Of a DNA stretch of 64,000 nucleotides, positions 55,442 through 64,000 are shown piece after piece. Position numbers and translations under genes: made by a program. Numbering within the stretch: position 1 is the first letter of the stretch; each line of letters begins with the position of its first letter. The notes beneath the pieces were generated by a model. It ran no database searches. It saw only the letters and a program-made list of their open reading frames with translations, and was not told where the DNA came from. Source of the DNA: Candidatus Woesearchaeota archaeon (GTDB lineage Archaea; Nanobdellota; Nanobdellia; SCGC-AAA011-G17; GW2011-AR17); NCBI GenBank assembly GCA_017608525.1, contig JAFCFS010000001.1:1934-65933 (forward strand), given 5' to 3'.

Positions 55442-56767
55442 ATGAGATTAATTATCTTTTTGTTTTTGCTATTTATTGATCTTTGTCAAAGTGCAAAAGC
55501 GGAAACAATTTTAATTTTTGGAAGAGAATACTCAATTGTTGTTCTTGTACCATTCATCCTAATTATTTTATCTTTTGCATTTCTTACTTTTATCCAATTG
55601 AAAAGAAAAAAGGAAAAAATTATTGAAATTCTGAAAAGTTTTCTGGCTTTATTCATTGCTATTCATGGAGTAGTTGAAAAACTTGGTATTAGGAAGATCT
55701 TTGAATATTTGAAAGAAAAATTGCCAAGAAAGGAGAAAAAAATCATTGTTGAAGAAAAACCGAAAAAAGTTATAGATTATGAAAAAGAGGTGGGAAATAT
55801 TAGAAAAGGGATTAAAAGACATAGCCCAATGGTTAGCTTCGAAAAAATTGCAAAACTTTCAAGAGATTTCTTCAAGGAATATTTAGGAATAGAATACGAA
55901 GCTACTTATGAAGAACTTGAAGAAAAATTGCGTGAAAGAAATAAAAAAATGGCTGATTTTGTTAGAGATATTTCATTCATAAAATACAAAGGAAAAAATA
56001 TCACGAGGGGGGATGTAAGAAAACTACTAAACGATTTTGAGAAATTTGTTACAAAAAAAAGAAAGAAAAAAATTGGTGTTACAAAGAAAGGAATATTACA
56101 AAGAATAATAGAGGAGGATAAAAAAATACTCCTAGCAATAAAAGATTTAATAGAGGGTGCAAAGGAGAAAGATAAACTTAATAGGCTAAACAAACTTCTC
56201 ATTGAGGAAAGAATAATACTAGCGAGAGATTTCAGGAAAGTTAAAAGTGCCTATAGAAAAATTCTAAGATTGTACTCCAGATTAAATGAAGAAGAGAAGA
56301 AGAAAATCTTCCCAAAGATAATAGAATTTTACAAATTTATAAGTGTTCATCCAATGATTACAGAAAAGCAGAGAAAGGATTTAGAAGTTTTCATGAAAAA
56401 AATAAGCAAAGAGGGAAACTTTAGTTTTCTCTCAAAAATTAAGGAAGCTGTTCTTAATGAAGAGAAAATTATAAGCGAGAAAGTTATGGAAAGAATAGAT
56501 AAACTTCATGAAGAAGAAAGAAAGCTCTTGGAAAAAATATCCGAGCTGTCAAAAAAAGAAGGTGCAAGAATTGAACTTTCTGAAAAATTGGAAAAAGAAA
56601 TTGAAAAATTAATAGAACTTGGAAAAAAGGCATTGGAGGAAGGAAAGAAAGAGAAAGCAGAAATACATTATAAAAAAATCAAAGAGCTATATTACAAACT
56701 CAAGAAAGAAAGCAGGGAGAAGATAAAAGATAAAATAAATAGATTTGTTGAATTATTTTCTAAATAG
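55442..56767 (+). CDS. membrane-anchored coiled-coil protein, unknown function
   Basis: Signal-like N-terminus, a TM (VVLVPFILIILSFAFLTFI), then about 370 aa of heptad-like Lys/Glu-rich sequence. Starts 2 nt after the previous gene. Confidence 0.4.
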   Translation: MRLIIFLFLLFIDLCQSAKAETILIFGREYSIVVLVPFILIILSFAFLTFIQLKRKKEKIIEILKSFLALFIAIHGVVEKLGIRKIFEYLKEKLPRKEKKIIVEEKPKKVIDYEKEVGNIRKGIKRHSPMVSFEKIAKLSRDFFKEYLGIEYEATYEELEEKLRERNKKMADFVRDISFIKYKGKNITRGDVRKLLNDFEKFVTKKRKKKIGVTKKGILQRIIEEDKKILLAIKDLIEGAKEKDKLNRLNKLLIEERIILARDFRKVKSAYRKILRLYSRLNEEEKKKIFPKIIEFYKFISVHPMITEKQRKDLEVFMKKISKEGNFSFLSKIKEAVLNEEKIISEKVMERIDKLHEEERKLLEKISELSKKEGARIELSEKLEKEIEKLIELGKKALEEGKKEKAEIHYKKIKELYYKLKKESREKIKDKINRFVELFSK

Positions 56768-58042
56768 CTTTTTCTTCTTGAATGCTTTAAATGCATAATT
56801 TACAGGATTCTTAAATACTGCACATTCTTTATTTGCATCACATATTCCCATATCTTTGTAGTAAGAACTATTGCTGCAATTCGGTGGCAAAAGTTTGTTT
56901 TTCTGTTGTTTATGCCATCTCAACTGGGCAGCTATATAACCCTGTTTCAGCGGAGGATTGTTTTTGCTGTTCCATTCCCATACTAATTTTTCTATAGACC
57001 CAAAATCCCAACCAACGCTTCTTAAAAAATTTATCAGAATGAACAAGCTCCTTTTTCTTCCATCATTTAAACCAGCTGCAAGTATTTTTTTAATGCATGG
57101 TGGAAAAAATTTTTCACCTATTGCACTCTCTGGAATGAAACTTTTTTTCTCAATGTTGCTTAGTACGGGTTTATCAATTTTCTTAAGTGTGTCAAATGCC
57201 TGTATTATCAACTTTTTTGCCTCCTCCAGTTTTGTACTTTTTGCATCAAGAAACTTCAGATTTGCATCGACATTTTCAGGAAGGGCCATTTCTCTCTTAA
57301 AATTTTTAATCTTCTCAGGATCAATAGGCAAGCTAACTAACCCGCTTTTTTCATGGAGCGAATAAGGACACCTGTATAAATGCCTACTAGAAATAAGAAT
57401 AGTGTCTATTTCTATTACACTAAATGGGTCAAAGTTGCCGTTTGGAAAAATTTCTTCTTCCTTTTTTCCTGTGTCTTTTAGAATGCTTTCAATATCAACC
57501 TTCTTCATTATAAGTTTTGAAAGACCTTCCCTAACAAAATTTTTTAGATAAAGAGATATTATTTTTGGACCATCTGGAAAAAGCAATCTTGTTTCAACAC
57601 CATTAACTTCTGGAGGAAAAGCCTCAAAAGGAACTGCAATATGAAATCCCTTATTCCCGCTAAATTTACAACTAATGTTTTCCACGCCAAAAAATCTTAA
57701 TGCTTCAACAAGAATCTCCGCTGTCAGTTTTGCACAATCCCATATTTTCGTATCTATATCCAAAACAAGATCCCACCCAACCCTCATATCATCGAGTTGT
57801 TTTTTACTCATTCCCGACCTCAATTCTAAAGGATTTGCCCACTTCTCTTCAGAAACATGGAATGATGTCGCACCCTGCTTAACAAACTCCATTATATCTG
57901 CTTTAAAATTCAAAACATCAGGCCTTCTAAAATTCTTCCCAAAAAACATAATCCCAACTTCTCTGTTCTTGGAGGAAAATAAAATTGCTTCTTGTATTTC
58001 AGCCCTCGAATAATAATCCATTACATACTTTTGGTTAATCAT
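56753..58042 (-). CDS. priS: DNA primase catalytic subunit (PriS-type AEP) with C-terminal Cys-containing PriL-CTD-like extension
   Basis: AEP motifs WDLVLDIDTK (DxD) and SGNKGFHIAV (SGxRGxH). The C-terminal ~110 aa carry 4 Cys (PPC...NCS...GIC...KEC) in a helical region, reminiscent of the PriL Fe-S domain fused in Nanoarchaeum-type primases. Confidence 0.65.
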   Translation of the reverse strand: MINQKYVMDYYSRAEIQEAILFSSKNREVGIMFFGKNFRRPDVLNFKADIMEFVKQGATSFHVSEEKWANPLELRSGMSKKQLDDMRVGWDLVLDIDTKIWDCAKLTAEILVEALRFFGVENISCKFSGNKGFHIAVPFEAFPPEVNGVETRLLFPDGPKIISLYLKNFVREGLSKLIMKKVDIESILKDTGKKEEEIFPNGNFDPFSVIEIDTILISSRHLYRCPYSLHEKSGLVSLPIDPEKIKNFKREMALPENVDANLKFLDAKSTKLEEAKKLIIQAFDTLKKIDKPVLSNIEKKSFIPESAIGEKFFPPCIKKILAAGLNDGRKRSLFILINFLRSVGWDFGSIEKLVWEWNSKNNPPLKQGYIAAQLRWHKQQKNKLLPPNCSNSSYYKDMGICDANKECAVFKNPVNYAFKAFKKKKLFRK

Positions 58043-58079
58043 GAATTCAAAAGAAATATCTTGGTATTTAATTTTATCG

Positions 58080-58475
58080 TTATTTTTTCAGCTTCTCTAT
58101 CTCCTCTTGTAAATCCTTAACTTTAATCGCCTGCCTTTGCAACTCCATTTCCAGCCTAACCAGCAAATCATTTAATTCACGAATCTGCTTTTCTATAAAC
58201 TCCCTTGCTTCCTGAACGCTTTTAACCACTATAATGTTTGAACCAACATTTATAAGAATCTCGTCATTTTTCTTTAATTTTGTTTTAATATAGAGCCCGC
58301 CACCTATTTGCGATAATATCTCTGTTCCCTCCTCCAATTTTTCTATTTCTTCCAGAGAATTTTTTATAGTTTTCAAGGTTATAATTTCTTGATCTATAAC
58401 GCTTAGTTCATTGTTTATTAATCTCATCTGTTCTTTGTGGGTTAGCAATTCTGCTTTTTTCTTTTCTATACTCAT
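58080..58475 (-). CDS. pfdA: prefoldin alpha subunit
   Basis: 131 aa: coiled coil, two beta hairpins (IGGGLYIKTKL ... EILINVGSNIIVVKS), coiled coil. Confidence 0.7.
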   Translation of the reverse strand: MSIEKKKAELLTHKEQMRLINNELSVIDQEIITLKTIKNSLEEIEKLEEGTEILSQIGGGLYIKTKLKKNDEILINVGSNIIVVKSVQEAREFIEKQIRELNDLLVRLEMELQRQAIKVKDLQEEIEKLKK

Positions 58476-58777
58476 TTTTTACTTTCCCTTTTTTCTTTTG
58501 GTTTTTCTTGTTTTTTTGCTTCTTTTTCCTTTTTCTTGATTTTTTTCTTCACCTCAATTCCAGCTTTTTTCATTGCTTTGAGAATTTCTTCTGTTGTGGC
58601 ATTTTTTTTGATTTTTAGAACTTTATCGGTAGGTTCTATATGCCTTATGTTACATTTTCTTCTTCTAACATTGCCGTCTATTAAAACATATTTATCGTTT
58701 AAAACATCAACAACAACTGCAATTTCCCCTGCATCTCTTCCTGCTATTTTAACACAAACTCTACCTATCTCTATCAT
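58472..58777 (-). CDS. rpl14e: ribosomal protein L14e
   Basis: KOW-like N-terminus IEIGRVCVKIAGRDAGEIAVVVDVLNDKYVLIDG and a Lys-rich tail. Confidence 0.75.
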   Translation of the reverse strand: MIEIGRVCVKIAGRDAGEIAVVVDVLNDKYVLIDGNVRRRKCNIRHIEPTDKVLKIKKNATTEEILKAMKKAGIEVKKKIKKKEKEAKKQEKPKEKRESKK

Positions 58778-58857
58778 TTTAAAATAGAAATAAATGAGCT
58801 GTTTATAAAATTTTTGGAAATCGTTGTTTAAAGCTTTTAAAAGATTTTTTATTCCCT

Positions 58858-59334
58858 TTGTATATGTCTATAAGGAAAATGTTGATTACAGTAATTTTTT
58901 TAATTCTGATTTTAGAATTAAAGTTCGGACTCTTTCATAATTTTTCAAAAAAATCTAGTGCCTTAGTTATTAAAGTTATAGATGGAGACACAATTGTTAT
59001 AGAAAGTGGAGAAAGAGTAAGGTTATTGGGTATAGATGCCCCAGAAAAAGGTGAAAATTATTACAAGGAAGCAAAAGAAAGGCTGGAAGATTTAATTTTA
59101 TTTAAGAATGTAACTCTAGAAAGTTATGGAAGGAATAGAGACAAATATGGAAGATTATTGAGATATATTTGGGTTAATGAAGAGAACATTAATATCAAAA
59201 TGATTAAAGAAGGATTTGCATTTCCATATATAGAAAAGAACACAAAATATAAGGATGAATTAATTTATGCCGCAAAAACAGCAATGCTCAATAAATCTAA
59301 TTTATGGAAAGCTAGAAAAAAATTTAAACGCTAG
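58858..59334 (+). CDS. membrane-anchored staphylococcal-nuclease (SNase/thermonuclease) homolog
   Basis: N-terminal TM, then VIKVIDGDTIVIESGERVRLLGIDAPEKGENYYKEAKERLEDL..YGRLL, the classic SNase Ca2+/active-site pattern. Confidence 0.75.
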   Translation: MYMSIRKMLITVIFLILILELKFGLFHNFSKKSSALVIKVIDGDTIVIESGERVRLLGIDAPEKGENYYKEAKERLEDLILFKNVTLESYGRNRDKYGRLLRYIWVNEENINIKMIKEGFAFPYIEKNTKYKDELIYAAKTAMLNKSNLWKARKKFKR

Positions 59335-59350
59335 GAATATTAAAGATTTT

Positions 59351-61006
59351 ATGGAAAAAGAAATAACTAAATATGCTTTGCTTAATGCTATTAAATTTGA
59401 TGGTAAGGCCAATCCTGGTGCTGTGATGGGAAAGCTCATTTCTGAACATCCGGAATTAAAACAAAATGCTAAAGAATTAAGCAAGAAAGTTTTGTCCATT
59501 GTTAAGGAAATAAACAAACTAAGTCTAGGAGAACAAAAGAAAAAATTTTCAGAACTTTTTCCAGAATATAAAGAAAGAAAGAAAAAAGAGAAAGAGAAAG
59601 ATTTGCCTCCACTAAAAAAAGTTAAGTATGGTAAAATAGTTACGAGAATTGCTCCTGAGCCAAGCAAACACATACACCTTGGCCATGCTTTAAGCTTCGT
59701 AATTAACTATTACTATGCAAAAAGGTATGGAGGAAAATGTATACTAAGATTCGAAGATACAAATCCAGCAACTGCAAAAAAAGAATTCTACAAAGAAATA
59801 GAAAAAGACATAAAGTGGTTGAAAATAAATTACGATAAAAAATTGATTGTTTCCAACCACATGCCAATTTTTTATAAATATGCAAAAAAATTGATTGAAA
59901 AAGGAAATGCATATGTTTGTTTCTGTCCAAAAGAAAAAATGGACAGGTTTAGACAGAAAAGCATGATTTGTGATTGCAGAGAAAATTCTGTTGAAAAAAA
60001 CTTAATCGAATGGAAAAAGATGTTATCAAAAAAATACAAGGAAGGGGAATGTACATTGAGATTGAAGGGAATTATGGATTCTTTTAATGCTGTAATGAGA
60101 GACCCTGTTATATTTAGGATATGCAAGGAAAAACACCCAATTCAAGGGAAAAAATATGCTGTGTGGCCAATGTATGATTTTGAAAATGCAATTGAAGACT
60201 CGATTAATGGGGTAACACACATTTTTAGAAGTTCAGAATTCGGAACGATGAGGGTTGAGCTTCAAAACTATATAAAAGAATTACTAAATTTGAAAAAGCA
60301 AGAAGTTGTTCAATACACAAGATTTAATGTAATCGGTGCAATAACAAAAGGGAGAGAAATAAGAAAATTAATTAAAGAAAAAAAGGTTATTGGTTGGGAC
60401 GATCCTAGGCTAGTAACGATAAAAGCTTTGAGAAGAAGAGGAATACAACCTGAAACATTTCACGAATTGATTAAGGAAGTTGGTATAAGCCTTTCTTCGA
60501 AGAATATAGATTTCAGTTTGGTCGCTTCGATAAACAGAAAAATTTTGGATCCAATAACTCCCAGGTATTTTTTCGTTGCTAACCCAAAGTTAATAAAGAT
60601 TAAAAATGCACCAAAAATGGTAGCGGAAATTGAAGTGCATCCAGACAAACCAGAAATGGGAAAAAGGAAACTTATAGCTCATGACAAATTTTATGTTTCT
60701 GATGACATAAAAAAAGGAAAAATATACAGACTAAAGCACCTTTTTAACTTTAAAGATTTTAAATTCATTTCAACAGATTATATACCACAATTAAATGCTG
60801 AAATAATACACTGGTTGCCGGCAGACAAAAAACAATTAGTTAAAGCAGAAATTCTTATGCCGGACTGTAAACTTATAAAAGGATTTGCTGAAAAATCTGT
60901 AAAAAGACTTAAGATAGGAAGCATAGTCCAATTTGAAAGATTTGGTTTTTGTAGACTAGATAAAAAATTAAAAAATTCTTTGAGATTTTGGTTTACTCAT
61001 AAATAA
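59351..61006 (+). CDS. gltX: glutamyl-tRNA synthetase (archaeal/eukaryal-type GlxRS) with N-terminal GatB/YqeY-like appended domain
   Basis: N-terminal KYALLNAIKFDGKANPGAVMGKLIS (YqeY-like), then the class I core with HIGH variant PSKHIHLGHALS and GlxRS catalytic and anticodon-binding domains. Start chosen at MEKEITKY (59351) to avoid overlap with the nuclease gene. Confidence 0.85.
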   Translation: MEKEITKYALLNAIKFDGKANPGAVMGKLISEHPELKQNAKELSKKVLSIVKEINKLSLGEQKKKFSELFPEYKERKKKEKEKDLPPLKKVKYGKIVTRIAPEPSKHIHLGHALSFVINYYYAKRYGGKCILRFEDTNPATAKKEFYKEIEKDIKWLKINYDKKLIVSNHMPIFYKYAKKLIEKGNAYVCFCPKEKMDRFRQKSMICDCRENSVEKNLIEWKKMLSKKYKEGECTLRLKGIMDSFNAVMRDPVIFRICKEKHPIQGKKYAVWPMYDFENAIEDSINGVTHIFRSSEFGTMRVELQNYIKELLNLKKQEVVQYTRFNVIGAITKGREIRKLIKEKKVIGWDDPRLVTIKALRRRGIQPETFHELIKEVGISLSSKNIDFSLVASINRKILDPITPRYFFVANPKLIKIKNAPKMVAEIEVHPDKPEMGKRKLIAHDKFYVSDDIKKGKIYRLKHLFNFKDFKFISTDYIPQLNAEIIHWLPADKKQLVKAEILMPDCKLIKGFAEKSVKRLKIGSIVQFERFGFCRLDKKLKNSLRFWFTHK

Positions 61007-61144
61007 TTGGTCTATAAACGCATAAAACAGAATAACATTTCTCTAAACGAAATCCCTCAATTAACTTTTCTTGATTCTCTAAAACCAATAGCAATTTTTC
61101 TCTTTTTAAATTGATTGGGGTTCTTTTAAGTTTCCCTTCTAATT

Positions 61145-62395
61145 CTAAGATTTTGTAGGAATGTTTTTTTGGTTTGCTACTTTTGGTTTGCTACCAATTT
61201 TGTATTTAACAAAGTATGTTTTATTTTCTTTTAGCATCTTGTATTCCTCTAGCCAAATCAAATAAGGGTCATTTTTATCCCAAGATAAAGATGCTATTCT
61301 TAAAGCTGAATCAGTTACTATTTGATCATCTTTAGTTAAATTAAAGTCCTTTTTGATTCTATTGAAATCTTTTAATGCTAAAGCATCATTGTTCATCTCA
61401 AAATAGGGAAAAACAAGAAGTAGAATTATTGGTAGTGAAAGAAGACAAGTCAAAATTGTTTCTTTTTTCTTGAAAATAGTCGACAGCAATAGTGCTATAA
61501 ATGGAGAAACCAAAAGAAAATATTTAAATATGCCTCCTCTCACTAAAATTATTGCACTTGAAAGAAAAACAAACAGAATTTCTTTAAAATATTTTTTCAA
61601 ATCAATTTTGTAAATTCTAAAAAATAAAGGAGTAATTCCTATTAAAAACAAAATCCATGCACTAGGCCTAAATAAACCCTGGGAAAAGGACCAAGAAGCT
61701 TGTTTTGCTAACTTAAAAAAAACAACAAAATTATTTCCAACATATCTAATAAGAGAATAGACACAAAGACCAAAAAGATATTGATCGAGGATGAGCCTTG
61801 GTAAAAAGCCAATCAAAAATGCAAAAAAATAGATAAAGATTGTATAGAATTTTTTATTAAAAAAGAAAAAGAGAAGAAATATAATTAACAATATGAAACT
61901 TGCTGTATAAAATGCACAACTTAAACCAAAGAATAATCCAGAAAAAAACAGCATCTTGAAGTTTTTCCTTTTTTGAAAATCCTTAAAAAAATAATATGCA
62001 AGAAAAAGGAAAAAGGATGAAGGGAGAATAGGAGAAATCAGTACAGAAAGATGCCAGGTCAATGGGGAAAAAATAAAGATTAAATATGCTTTTTTATTTT
62101 TAAACAAAAGCAAGAGAAGCAAAGCTATTAATATAAGCCATAGAGTATTCAATAATTTCAAAGTTAGAATATTTGGAAAAAATCTTGTTAGTAGCGAAAG
62201 GAAAAATGGATAAAGAGGAGAATGCGTTAAAAAAACTTTAACATTTCCCATTCCTGCTAACTCTTTTGTGAATGATATAAACTCATGCGTATCATGAAAG
62301 GATATCCTTGTAGAGAATACCGAAAAAAGAAAAAGCAAGATAACAAATGTGATCGTAGCATACAAATATGAAAAATTTTTAAGTTTAAGTTTCAT
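61145..62395 (-). CDS. large polytopic membrane protein, possible GT-C-type glycosyltransferase (divergent from aglB)
   Basis: 416 aa, about 11 hydrophobic helices, no soluble-domain motif. Position next to the oligosaccharyltransferase is the only functional hint. Confidence 0.35.
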   Translation of the reverse strand: MKLKLKNFSYLYATITFVILLFLFSVFSTRISFHDTHEFISFTKELAGMGNVKVFLTHSPLYPFFLSLLTRFFPNILTLKLLNTLWLILIALLLLLLFKNKKAYLIFIFSPLTWHLSVLISPILPSSFFLFLAYYFFKDFQKRKNFKMLFFSGLFFGLSCAFYTASFILLIIFLLFFFFNKKFYTIFIYFFAFLIGFLPRLILDQYLFGLCVYSLIRYVGNNFVVFFKLAKQASWSFSQGLFRPSAWILFLIGITPLFFRIYKIDLKKYFKEILFVFLSSAIILVRGGIFKYFLLVSPFIALLLSTIFKKKETILTCLLSLPIILLLVFPYFEMNNDALALKDFNRIKKDFNLTKDDQIVTDSALRIASLSWDKNDPYLIWLEEYKMLKENKTYFVKYKIGSKPKVANQKNIPTKS

Positions 62396-62474
62396 TTATT
62401 CTTTTTCGCTCTTCAAATTTTTTAAATTTTTTCAAAAAACATTTAAATACCTAAGTAAAGAGAAGATAAAAAGA

Positions 62475-64000
62475 ATGGACGTTATCGAGAAAAGAAAAAG
62501 AGTTATTTTGGGGTATTTAAAAAATAATTTTAACTATTTGATATGGATAGTGTTTTTTCTGATAACATTTTTTGGAATGTATATTAGAACAAGAAATTTA
62601 AAATTACTTAAAGACGTAACAACAAATGATTATATTCCATTGGCCCTAGATCCATTTGCTTTTCTAAGATATGTAAAATATATTGTTGCTCATGGAAAAT
62701 TAATGGCTGTAGACACTTTAAGATATTATCCCTTAGGTTATTCAAATCTCCAGGAATTTAGCTTTTTATCCCATTTTATTGCTTACCTATACAAAATATG
62801 GCACTTAATTGACCCAAGTGTTACTGTAGCTAAAGTTCATGTGTTATACCCTCCAATTGCTTTTGGGGTTGGGTTAGTATTTTTCTTTTTATTAGTAAAA
62901 AAGATATTTAACTGGAGAGTTGCCATAATGTCCTCAACTATTCTCTCTGTTATTCCAACTTATTTGTACAGAACAATGGCCGGTTTCTCAGATAAGGAAC
63001 CATTGGCTTTAGCCTTTATGTCTGCATCTTTTTATTTTTATGTATCTTCAATTAAGAGTGAAAAAATAGTTAAAGCAATAATCTTTGGTTGTTTATCTGG
63101 TTTATTTACCGGATTTATGGGTTTGGTTTGGGGTGGTGTTAAATTTATGTTTTTAATATTTGGAACATTCGCAATTTTGGCAATAATTTTTGATCTTTTT
63201 GAAAAGAAAGATATTTTTTCTTATCTCGGATGGGGCTTCTTTACAATAATAACCCTTTACATTGGCTACCCAAATAGATACAATTTCTCAACATTTGCCT
63301 TTTCATTAACAACAATTCCAATGATTTTTGCTTTTTTAGTTTGTTTAATTAAGCTATTAATTTTTGATTTAGATAGCTTAAAATCCAAAGAAAAACTAAC
63401 CAAAAGATTGCCTTCAGGAATCCTCTCCGTAATCTTAGCATTTGCTGTAGTTTTTATTTTCTCCATTTTTTACGATCCATCATTTCTTTTTGGCAAATTT
63501 CATGATGTATTTAATCAACTTATTCACCCGTTCCAATCAAGATGGTCTTTAACTGTTGCAGAAAGCCACCAACCTTATTTTAAGGATTTAATTCACCAGC
63601 TTAATTGGAAATTTACTTTATTTATGTTGTTTGGAGGAGGATTTTTGTTTTTCGATATGCTTTCAAATTTGAAAAAGAAAAAGGCGATAAAAGGAGTAAT
63701 TTTATTTGTATGTTTTGTTATATTGTTCGTTCTAAGCAGATATTCAGGATCTTCTACAATTTTTAATGGCAAGACTTTCATTTCAAACTTTTTTTACATC
63801 GGCTCTATATTGGGAATTTTTGGTTTTTCAATTTTCTATTTGTTGCGTTCTTTTTATAAAGAAAAAGAAACCTACAGTGCTTTAACAAAGTTGAAACCAT
63901 CGTATCTTTTTGTTTTTATTTGGTTCTTTTACATGCTACTTGCAACAAGAACAGCCATTAGACTTTTCTTATTGTTTGCGCCTATTTTCTCCATCTTTTT
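62475..64000 (+). CDS. aglB: oligosaccharyltransferase AglB/STT3, N-terminal membrane domain (continues beyond window end)
   Basis: ORF open from ATG 62475 to the window end (translated by hand, no stop). External loop 1 LALDPFAFLRY...AVDTLRYYPLG, MAGFSDKEPLA, and a TVAE (TIxE/SVSE-type) motif in SRWSLTVAESHQPY, then further TM helices. Confidence 0.65.
   Translation, partial: MDVIEKRKRVILGYLKNNFNYLIWIVFFLITFFGMYIRTRNLKLLKDVTTNDYIPLALDPFAFLRYVKYIVAHGKLMAVDTLRYYPLGYSNLQEFSFLSHFIAYLYKIWHLIDPSVTVAKVHVLYPPIAFGVGLVFFFLLVKKIFNWRVAIMSSTILSVIPTYLYRTMAGFSDKEPLALAFMSASFYFYVSSIKSEKIVKAIIFGCLSGLFTGFMGLVWGGVKFMFLIFGTFAILAIIFDLFEKKDIFSYLGWGFFTIITLYIGYPNRYNFSTFAFSLTTIPMIFAFLVCLIKLLIFDLDSLKSKEKLTKRLPSGILSVILAFAVVFIFSIFYDPSFLFGKFHDVFNQLIHPFQSRWSLTVAESHQPYFKDLIHQLNWKFTLFMLFGGGFLFFDMLSNLKKKKAIKGVILFVCFVILFVLSRYSGSSTIFNGKTFISNFFYIGSILGIFGFSIFYLLRSFYKEKETYSALTKLKPSYLFVFIWFFYMLLATRTAIRLFLLFAPIFSIF

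Noticed and set aside
63266-63781. Two minus-strand track ORFs (63266-63466, 63593-63781)
   Set aside because: They lie inside the open plus-strand AglB/STT3 reading frame, which runs from 62475 to the window end with clear STT3 motifs.
1-64000. CRISPR arrays, integrases/transposases and restriction-modification methyltransferase motifs
   Set aside because: No regularly spaced direct repeats, no Cas-like or transposase-like ORFs, and no DPPY/FxGxG methyltransferase signatures were seen anywhere in the window.

Overview
This window reads as a chromosomal segment of an AT-rich archaeon with densely packed, largely co-linear genes. There is no sign of a mobile element, integrase or CRISPR array. 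The identifiable content is mostly archaeal information-processing genes: HisRS, CysRS, PheS/PheT and GluRS; a conserved ApgM–GINS–L44e–S27e–aIF2alpha–Nop10 string; RPA, a PriS-type primase, ThyX, EndoQ, MBF1, prefoldin alpha and L14e. Other recognisable genes include TruD, HIT, TldD/PmbA, a PAC2-like protein, a Lon-like S16 protease, a MoxR/VWA pair, TrkH, two RCK/TrkA-type proteins, a CaCA antiporter, an FdhA-like molybdopterin oxidoreductase and the N-terminus of AglB/STT3. Five tRNA genes are present. tRNA-Arg(TCG) appears to carry an 11-nt anticodon-loop intron. A 131-nt tRNA-like gene fits a tRNA-Ile(UAU) with two introns, one canonical at 37/38 and one in the T-arm. These features, together with a primase that looks like PriS fused to a PriL-CTD-like Cys module, point to a DPANN/Nanoarchaeota-like lineage; this is inference, not a database result. 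The accessory content worth attention is of three kinds. First, there are clusters of secreted or membrane proteins of unknown function: a three-gene exported operon, two adjacent surface proteins combining prenyltransferase-like alpha/alpha-toroid repeats with Cys-rich modules, and two membrane coiled-coil proteins beside a Bud32-like pseudokinase. The two adjacent surface proteins share a 152-bp DNA segment at 97% identity. Second, there is a MoxR AAA+ / VWA-metallopeptidase-like / unknown-third-gene operon. Third, there are several unusual single genes: an ATPase-degenerate Lon (LonC-like), a Hjc-like PD-(D/E)xK domain behind a long basic N-terminal extension, an RCK channel with a non-canonical TVGAP filter, a 34-aa-period 'G/K-I-K-P' repeat protein divergent from a TrmB regulator, and a standalone Cys-type FdhA-like enzyme. 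A GC-rich structured element of about 83 nt sits in a divergent promoter region. All functional calls rest on motif recognition by eye; no searches were run.
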